From assembly GCA_964616505.1 (NCBI GenBank), contig CAZTUU010000002.1, positions 14,009 through 42,904 of the forward strand: 28,896 bases of DNA. The letters run 5' to 3'. A program made the translations under genes and the position numbers. Shown in pieces: positions 17,850 through 24,329 of this stretch (position 1 is the first letter of the stretch; each line of letters opens with the position of its first letter). Under the pieces are notes generated by a model. That model was not told the DNA's origin and did no database searches. It saw nothing but the letters and a program-made list of their open reading frames with translations. This DNA comes from an uncultured Candidatus Saccharibacteria bacterium. GTDB taxonomy: Bacteria > Patescibacteriota > Saccharimonadia > Saccharimonadales > CAIOMD01.

Positions 17850-18581
17850 ATGCAAGACCCAAACCAGCCAGTTCCCGTGATTAAGCCTAGTGCAGGCAAC
17901 TTAAATAATCCTGATAATAATATAAAAAAATCTAAGCATAGCAAAGGTGATATAAAAAATATCGTTTATACCATATCATTATTTGTTTTGGCACCATTAT
18001 TTGCCCTACTTATGATAATTTTTATTTTTCAAAGTTATGTAGTTGATGGTTCTAGTATGGAACCTACATTGCAAAATGGTAATAGAGTTTTTATTTTAAA
18101 ACTACCCAAGACCCTATCATCACTACAAAATAAATCTTTTATGCCAAAACAGTACGAAATTATTGTTTTTAAAAAACCCAGCGAGCCAGATGTGCAACTC
18201 ATCAAAAGAGTTATCGGTTTGCCTGGTGATCGAGTCGTGGTGCAAGATAATCATATGACAATTTATAATGCCAAACATCCTAACGGCTATAATCCAGACG
18301 AAAATACAGATTATGGACCAACGCTCGTTAAAACGACTGGTGGCAGTGTAGATATTACTGTCGGTCCAGAAGAAGTCTTTGTAGTTGGTGACAATCGTAA
18401 TCCAAGTGCTTCTTTGGATTCTAGATTTCCAGGTGTTGGATTAGTACCAGTCGAAAACATTGTGGGACGATTATGGGTAAGATACTTCCCGCTTAACGAA
18501 ATTAAATTATTCGGAACTATATCGACGATGCCTATAGAAATCAAGTCAAATTTATCAAATACAAATACTAAGCTACTCTAG
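17850..18581 (+). CDS. lepB: Signal peptidase I
   Basis: GSSMEPTL (catalytic Ser), LIKRVIGLPGD (catalytic Lys), GDNR..SLDSR; N-terminal TM helix. Confidence 0.96.
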   Translation: MQDPNQPVPVIKPSAGNLNNPDNNIKKSKHSKGDIKNIVYTISLFVLAPLFALLMIIFIFQSYVVDGSSMEPTLQNGNRVFILKLPKTLSSLQNKSFMPKQYEIIVFKKPSEPDVQLIKRVIGLPGDRVVVQDNHMTIYNAKHPNGYNPDENTDYGPTLVKTTGGSVDITVGPEEVFVVGDNRNPSASLDSRFPGVGLVPVENIVGRLWVRYFPLNEIKLFGTISTMPIEIKSNLSNTNTKLL

Positions 18582-19445
18582 GATTTGCTTTATTACATTA
18601 GATAATGCTATTTCGTTTTTGTAGTTAATAATAAGCTTCCCACTTCCCCGTACAGAATGCCTTAGTATAATTTTAGTACCTAGGCGTTTTTGCAGTTTAT
18701 CAATCTGAATATCATTCACGAGCTTGGGAGTCTCTATTTTTTTAGGTGTATCATTCTTAGCTTTTTTAACTTTTACTACAAATTGTTCTGCCTCACGTAC
18801 ACTAATATGTAATTTTAATATCTTGTTAAATAGCTCTTTCTGGCTTTCTGGAAACTGCTGCAAACTAAGTAAAGATCGTGCATGACCCTCCGATATATTA
18901 CCCTCAGCCAATGCTTTTTGCATGACAGGAGGTAAACCCAATAGTCGTACAATATTATTAATTGTTGTTCTGGCCTTACCTAGCCTTTTAGCGATTGTTT
19001 CGTATTCTTGGTTAAATTGGGTATGAAGTCTCTGAATTGTTAGAGCAAGCTCTATGGCAGTTAAATCTGCTCGCTGAACGTTTTCGAGTAATGCAAGCTC
19101 TAGGCTTTCGTGCTCGCTAGATGTTCTAATGATTGCTGGTATATCTTTTAACCCAGCAATTTGTGAAGCTCGCCATCGCCTTTCGCCAGCAATAATAGAA
19201 TAACTATTTGGTTCAACTTGGCTAACTATAATTGGCTGCAGTACCCCGTGCGACTCAATTGATTGCGCAAGTTCACGCATTGCTTCTTCATCAAAATATT
19301 GCCTAGGCTGATCATCTTTTGGTACAACAATATCTATGGCTAACTTATGAATACGCTCATTAGGAGAAGCAGTAATATCAGAAATATTTACCCCCATCGG
19401 AATTAGCTCATCAAAGCCTTTACCTAGACCCTTATTATTAACCAC
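18573..19445 (-). CDS. parB: Chromosome partitioning protein ParB/Spo0J
   Basis: GLGKGFDELI, QPRQYFD, GVLQPIIV, IIAGERRWRAS, ENVQRADL, central HTH. Confidence 0.97.
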   Translation of the reverse strand: MVNNKGLGKGFDELIPMGVNISDITASPNERIHKLAIDIVVPKDDQPRQYFDEEAMRELAQSIESHGVLQPIIVSQVEPNSYSIIAGERRWRASQIAGLKDIPAIIRTSSEHESLELALLENVQRADLTAIELALTIQRLHTQFNQEYETIAKRLGKARTTINNIVRLLGLPPVMQKALAEGNISEGHARSLLSLQQFPESQKELFNKILKLHISVREAEQFVVKVKKAKNDTPKKIETPKLVNDIQIDKLQKRLGTKIILRHSVRGSGKLIINYKNEIALSNVIKQILE

Positions 19446-20199
19446 GTTTCGTCACCTCCTTTGCCAAATTTTTATACGATCTTGCTCCTTTGGACCACTT
19501 GTCATAGTCGGCAATAGGCTTTCCGTGACTTGGAGCCTCTGCTAGCTTAATATTTCTTGGAATAACTGTGTCAAAAACCAGATCCCCAAATACGCGCTTT
19601 ACTTCATTGCTGACCTGTTCGCTCAAACTAGTACGCGAATCATACATTGTCATAACTACGCCAAGTATCTTTAAGGTTGGATTAAGTGAAACCTGAACCT
19701 GCTGCACTACCTGTAATAGTTGACTTAGGCCTTCCATAGCGTAGTATTCTGTCTGAACAGGAATCAAAACCTCAGTAGCTGCAGCTAGGGCATTGACCGT
19801 TAATAGTCCAAGACTTGGAGGGCAATCTATTAATATGTATTCATAATTAACTAAAATTTCCTTTAGTGCTATCTGTAACTTTTTTTCTCTGTTATATAAA
19901 TCCACCAGCCTCACTTCCGCTACAGCCAAGTCTGAATTAGCGGGTAAAATATCAACATTTTTTGTATTAGTATTTATGATAGCTTGGGCCGATGATACAT
20001 CCGCAACTATTACCTGCAGTGTCGTTAGACTTATAGAGTGCTTATCTATGCCTAGCCCGCTCGTTGTATTTCCCTGCGGATCAAGATCAACAACTAAAAC
20101 TTTTTTATCTTGTTTCCCAAAATATGCAGCTAAATTGATAGTAGTAGTAGTCTTCCCTACCCCACCTTTTTGGTTTAGTATTGCAATTACCCTGGTCAT
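19438..20199 (-). CDS. parA: Chromosome partitioning ATPase ParA/Soj
   Basis: NQKGGVGKTTT, DLDPQGN, IDCPPSLG, IPVQTEYYAMEG, IPRNIKLAEAPSHG. Confidence 0.97.
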   Translation of the reverse strand: MTRVIAILNQKGGVGKTTTTINLAAYFGKQDKKVLVVDLDPQGNTTSGLGIDKHSISLTTLQVIVADVSSAQAIINTNTKNVDILPANSDLAVAEVRLVDLYNREKKLQIALKEILVNYEYILIDCPPSLGLLTVNALAAATEVLIPVQTEYYAMEGLSQLLQVVQQVQVSLNPTLKILGVVMTMYDSRTSLSEQVSNEVKRVFGDLVFDTVIPRNIKLAEAPSHGKPIADYDKWSKGARSYKNLAKEVTKRG

Positions 20200-20225
20200 T
20201 ATTTTATTTTTCCCTCTTTATCATT

Positions 20226-20254
20226 AGATTACCACTTATTACGCTAAAGGTAAA
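20226..20254 (-). promoter_or_regulatory. Candidate parAB promoter
   Basis: TTTACC (20249-20254) - 17 bp - TGg-TAATCT (20226-20231). Confidence 0.45.
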
Positions 20255-20356
20255 CTATCTATCTCTTGCCTTAACTAGCCTGATAGTACTAGCCGTATTT
20301 GGATAATTACCGATGTGTGTACCAGCATACAGGAGGTTGATGGTACCGCTTAGAAT

Positions 20357-20389
20357 TTAAAATAACGCTCCTGGAGAGCGTTATTTTAA
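20357..20389 (-). terminator. Intrinsic terminator downstream of rplU
   Basis: Perfect 14-bp inverted repeat TTAAAATAACGCTC / GAGCGTTATTTTAA with a 5-nt loop. Confidence 0.8.
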
Positions 20390-20408
20390 GTAAATACTAT
20401 CTATAATT

Positions 20409-20714
20409 CTAGGAGATCTTGGTTATAGCGATCTTGGTATGCTGTTGTCGATGGCCTCTTGTGACCTTTACTCGCTTTTTTGCTTTGTATCTAATGCTTG
20501 TTACTTTATCTGCTTTTACATTTTGCGCTTCTATTTTTGCAGATACTTTGGCACCATTTACTGTTGGCTTACCAACTTGTATCTTGTCGCCATCTATTAT
20601 TAGTAACGGTTCAAAATCTACAGATTTTTCTTGTTTTAATAACTCAACCTCAATAACATCACCCTCACTTACGAGATATTGTTTGCCACCAGTTGTAATT
20701 ACGGCTTTCTTCAC
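20409..20714 (-). CDS. rplU: 50S ribosomal protein L21
   Basis: AVITTGGKQYLVSEGD, IRYKAKKR...GHRQQHTKIAITKI; GTG start. Confidence 0.97.
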   Translation of the reverse strand: MKKAVITTGGKQYLVSEGDVIEVELLKQEKSVDFEPLLIIDGDKIQVGKPTVNGAKVSAKIEAQNVKADKVTSIRYKAKKRVKVTRGHRQQHTKIAITKIS

Positions 20715-20760
20715 CTTATATTTACTTTCTTATTTAAGTAATAATTAATAGTCAGCTGAT

Positions 20761-20789
20761 ATTCTAACAGATATAATCTTATATAGCAA
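20761..20789 (-). promoter_or_regulatory. rplU promoter
   Basis: TTGCTA (20784-20789) - 17 bp - TGt-TAGAAT (20761-20766). Confidence 0.65.
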
Positions 20790-20797
20790 CTACCAGC

Positions 20798-23680
20798 TTA
20801 TTTATTTTTTATAATATTTATGTCGGCCTTTTTATTGTCAATTTTTACTTCAATACTATAACCATCTTCTACCTTGGTATATTTTGCTAAAGTTTCAAGT
20901 TCTATAATGTCTTGATACTTAGCGACGGCCCTAGCAAGCTCAGGGTCTTGAGTTACTATATTTAGACTGATTCTGTCATCTACCTCTAATCCTGCCTGTT
21001 TACGGGCATTCTGTACAGCTCTTATGACTTCTCTGGCTAGACCTTCTAGTTTTAGATCTTCGGTAATTTTTAAATCTAGTTCTATGTAGGGCTTATTGTC
21101 AATTTTTACTTCTACTTCCTTAACATTTAATTCTTCTCTTAGTATTTCACAAAGCTCTTTTTGTTCTTTTTCTGAGACACTTATACCAAAACATATAGTT
21201 GCCGTAGATAAGGGTTGCCTAACTTTAATAGCCGCAGCTGCACGTTGACTTAGGCCATCTGTGATCAGCTCTCTTGTTATTGCCATCTGAGCAATTATTA
21301 GCTCTTCTACGTGACCAGATTTTGGCCAATTTTGTAAATGCACAGATTTTTTATCTGTAAGTTTTTTGTATAATTCGTCGCTTAAAAATGGAGTAAACGG
21401 AGCCAGTACTAAAGATAGCTGAGCCAAAACATAATGTAGTGTTTTGTAGGCATCATCTTTATCGGCATCATTGTCGCTCTTCCAGAATCTTTTACGACTG
21501 CGTCTTACATACCAATTACTAGCATCTTCTATAAATGGAATTATTGGTTTTATAGCATTTGGCAAATCATACTTTTGCATATGCTCATCTACATCAGCAA
21601 TAAGTTGATGCAATCGAGATATTATCCAGATATCTAATATATTATTTAGTGTTGGTAATGGATCTTCTAGTTTGCCATCCCACCCCCAACCGTCAACATC
21701 TGCATATAGAGTAAAGAAGTCATACATATTCCACACCATGCCAAGCTTGCGAGCAATGTCTCCTACCTCTTTATCTAAAAGAGTTACGTCTTCTCCATTT
21801 AGCACTGGTGAGCTCAGCATAAAATAGCGCAGTGAATCTGCAGAATATTGATCCATTAGAATATTTGGATCTGTAAAATTATTCAGACTTTTACTTAACT
21901 TACGACCATCCGCTCCCAATAATGTACCGGTGGTAATTACATTATTATAGGCATTTTTACCAAATAGCCCGACCGATACGGCATGTACATAATAAAACCA
22001 TGCTCTTACCTGCCCAACATATTCAACAATAAAGTCACCCGGAAAGTTAGCTTCGAATTTTTCGACATTTTCGAATGGATAATGGAACTGAGCAAAGGGC
22101 ATACTACCACTCTCGAACCAACAGTCTAAAACCTTATCTATCCTCTGATACTCTACTCCATCAAGCGTGAATTTTATATCATCTACCCATGGTCGATGGT
22201 AATCTTCTAATTCTACACCGCTTAGATCTTTAAGTTCCGCATAGCTACCGACTACTTTTATACGCTCTTTGCCTTCTTTATCTACACCCTTCCAAACTGG
22301 CATAGCAGTTGCCCAGAACCTATCACGACTCAGATTCCAATCTGGGGCAGCCTGTATAGTTTTTGCAAAACGTCCATTTTTTAGGTGATCTGGAAACCAA
22401 TTAATATTACTATTTTGTTCTAGCATTTGTTGTCTCTGACTATCAATATCAAAAAACCAACTTGGCCAAGCACGATACATGAGCTTGGTTCCACATCTAT
22501 AGCAATGAGGGTAAGAATGCCTGACGTATTCTATCTTCCAAACGATTTCCTGTGCATGCAAATCTTTGGCAATTTGTTTGTTAATTTCCCAAACATTTTG
22601 GCTTATATATTCTCCCTCAATATAATTTCCATTATCATCAATTGTATTTACAAGCGGTATGCCATTTTGCTTCGCAAGCGCATAATCTTCTTCTCCAAAG
22701 GCTGGAGCAATATGTACTATACCTGTGCCGTCACTAGTACTCACATAATCAGCATGCCAGATTTTATGAGCATTTTTACCATGGTTTCCAAATAAAGGTT
22801 CGTAACTTTTGCCAACTAAATCTTTGCCCTTAATATATTTTGCAAGCTTATAATTTAGAGGCTTGTGCTTCTCGTCAGTTAAGACTTTAGCTACCAAATC
22901 TTTAGCAATAATTAGATTTTGACCATCTATTTCTACCAAACAATAAGTAACCTCACTATTAATTGCAAGTGCAGTATTTGCCGACAAAGTCCAGGGCGTA
23001 GTAGTCCAAGCAAGTAGGTACTCATTCGTACCGGCAAGCTTAAATTTTACATAAACACTAGGGTCGGTAACATCTTGGTAAGTACCCGAATCCATAGTAA
23101 CTTCTGCTTTACTTAGTGGTGTCGCATCTTGGGTACAATACATTAAAATTTTCTCACCTTCATAGATTTTGCCTTTATCATATAAGGCTTTAAAGGCCCA
23201 CCATACGCTTTCCATGTAATTCTTATCCATGGTTTTGTAGGCACCTTTAAAATCTACCCACCGCCCAATACGGTCAATTGTATCTTCCCATAAGCCACCA
23301 GTAGCTACCATATTTTCACGACAAGCAATAATATACTTTTCTAGACCATAATCTATAACTTCTGGCTTACCTTTAATTCCTAGCTTCTTCTCTGTAAAAA
23401 CCTCTGCCGGTAGTCCATGACAGTCCCAGCCCCATACACGCTCTACGTGCTTTCCTTTCATTGTCCAATATCTTGGCACTGCATCTTTTACAATACTACT
23501 CAATAAAGTTCCATGATGTGGTGAACCGGTAATAAATGGAGGTCCATCATAAAAAACATAGGCATTAGATTTTGGACGATCGTTTAAAGATTTCTCGAAA
23601 GTTTTATCTTCTTTCCATATTTGTACTAGATCTTTTTCGTATTCTAGAGCTCGGCGGCGTGTTCCTTTTTTAAATTTCAT
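20798..23680 (-). CDS. ileS: Isoleucine--tRNA ligase, type 2 (archaeal/eukaryote-like IleRS2)
   Basis: YDGPPFITGSPHHGT, GWDCHGLP, WTTTPWTL, DGTGIVHIAPAFG, DWNLSRDRFW, KLSKS; IleRS2-type C-terminus EGLAREVIRAVQNARK with no zinc finger. Confidence 0.97.
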   Translation of the reverse strand: MKFKKGTRRRALEYEKDLVQIWKEDKTFEKSLNDRPKSNAYVFYDGPPFITGSPHHGTLLSSIVKDAVPRYWTMKGKHVERVWGWDCHGLPAEVFTEKKLGIKGKPEVIDYGLEKYIIACRENMVATGGLWEDTIDRIGRWVDFKGAYKTMDKNYMESVWWAFKALYDKGKIYEGEKILMYCTQDATPLSKAEVTMDSGTYQDVTDPSVYVKFKLAGTNEYLLAWTTTPWTLSANTALAINSEVTYCLVEIDGQNLIIAKDLVAKVLTDEKHKPLNYKLAKYIKGKDLVGKSYEPLFGNHGKNAHKIWHADYVSTSDGTGIVHIAPAFGEEDYALAKQNGIPLVNTIDDNGNYIEGEYISQNVWEINKQIAKDLHAQEIVWKIEYVRHSYPHCYRCGTKLMYRAWPSWFFDIDSQRQQMLEQNSNINWFPDHLKNGRFAKTIQAAPDWNLSRDRFWATAMPVWKGVDKEGKERIKVVGSYAELKDLSGVELEDYHRPWVDDIKFTLDGVEYQRIDKVLDCWFESGSMPFAQFHYPFENVEKFEANFPGDFIVEYVGQVRAWFYYVHAVSVGLFGKNAYNNVITTGTLLGADGRKLSKSLNNFTDPNILMDQYSADSLRYFMLSSPVLNGEDVTLLDKEVGDIARKLGMVWNMYDFFTLYADVDGWGWDGKLEDPLPTLNNILDIWIISRLHQLIADVDEHMQKYDLPNAIKPIIPFIEDASNWYVRRSRKRFWKSDNDADKDDAYKTLHYVLAQLSLVLAPFTPFLSDELYKKLTDKKSVHLQNWPKSGHVEELIIAQMAITRELITDGLSQRAAAAIKVRQPLSTATICFGISVSEKEQKELCEILREELNVKEVEVKIDNKPYIELDLKITEDLKLEGLAREVIRAVQNARKQAGLEVDDRISLNIVTQDPELARAVAKYQDIIELETLAKYTKVEDGYSIEVKIDNKKADINIIKNK

Positions 23681-23705
23681 AATTTCTCCTGCTGTTATTT
23701 TACAA

Positions 23706-23935
23706 TATAAAAACCACTGGCATAACTTTCGTTATATATTCGGATCCCACCTTAGTGGGAGGTACCATCCGAATTACCAGTGGATTAAAGTCTCTTTGGT
23801 CTCTTATTTACTGCTATTTACGTAAGCATCATAACGTCGAGTTCTACTTAGACCAATAAATGGTCCGTTCTTCTCAATGTTTTCATGGCTGATAACCACT
23901 ATTCCTTTTTACAAGAAGGAGCACATCTCTCTAAT
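23706..23935 (-). promoter_or_regulatory. T-box riboswitch in the ileS leader
   Basis: Antiterminator AUUCGGA-UGGUACC-UCCCAC(UAAG)GUGGGA-UCCGAAU (bulge 23761-23767); upstream AUC in a hairpin loop (23891-23893), stem II GGACCA/UGGUCU with adjacent AGUA and GAA motifs, F-box-like CGUUAU (23831-23836); U5 tract at 23709-23713. Confidence 0.85.
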
Positions 23936-23972
23936 TTTCATTGAATAGCTAAACTTAACAAATATGGTTCTC

Positions 23973-24239
23973 TTATTTTGAATTGTCGTAATACATTACT
24001 TCGTTAATTAATGGAAGATTTTCACCGACCCATAACTGTAGCAACTGCCCGTCGTCGGCTAAAGCCAACACTGCAGGATGTTGCATGATGTCATATAACG
24101 AAGCGGTAGCATATCCATCACGTGTATTAAGATCATACATGGTGATTTTATGCCCAGTCCGACGCTCGTACTCCCTGTTATAGTCTAGCACTGACCGTTC
24201 GAACTCACTGTTACTACGATATAATATCGCAATTCTCAT
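23973..24239 (-). CDS. Small hypothetical protein, thioredoxin/glutaredoxin-like pattern without cysteines
   Basis: Strand-helix-strand pattern (MRIAILY / SEFERSV.. / ITMYDL) then YDIMQHPAVLAL..DGQLL, resembling the y.v..vPt.....G segment of Trx folds; SD AGGA; follows nrdJ. Confidence 0.7.
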   Translation of the reverse strand: MRIAILYRSNSEFERSVLDYNREYERRTGHKITMYDLNTRDGYATASLYDIMQHPAVLALADDGQLLQLWVGENLPLINEVMYYDNSK

Positions 24240-24329
24240 AGAGCTTCCTATCGTTTTTTGACGACTGCATTTTAGTTATTACAATAAAGTAACAAATTAA
24301 ATTTATACAGATCGTCCAAGTTTATTTGT

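Noticed and set aside
20313-20360. Plus-strand TGGTACCGC (T-box-like 9-mer), AGGAGG, and a 15-codon ORF MCVPAYRRLMVPLRI between parA and rplU
   Set aside because: No antiterminator helices, no sense gene downstream and no promoter evidence; probably chance.
17703-20400. parS sites or oriC/DnaA boxes near parAB
   Set aside because: No TGTTTCACGTGAAACA-like palindrome or TTATCCACA cluster seen; dnaA and gidAB are not adjacent.
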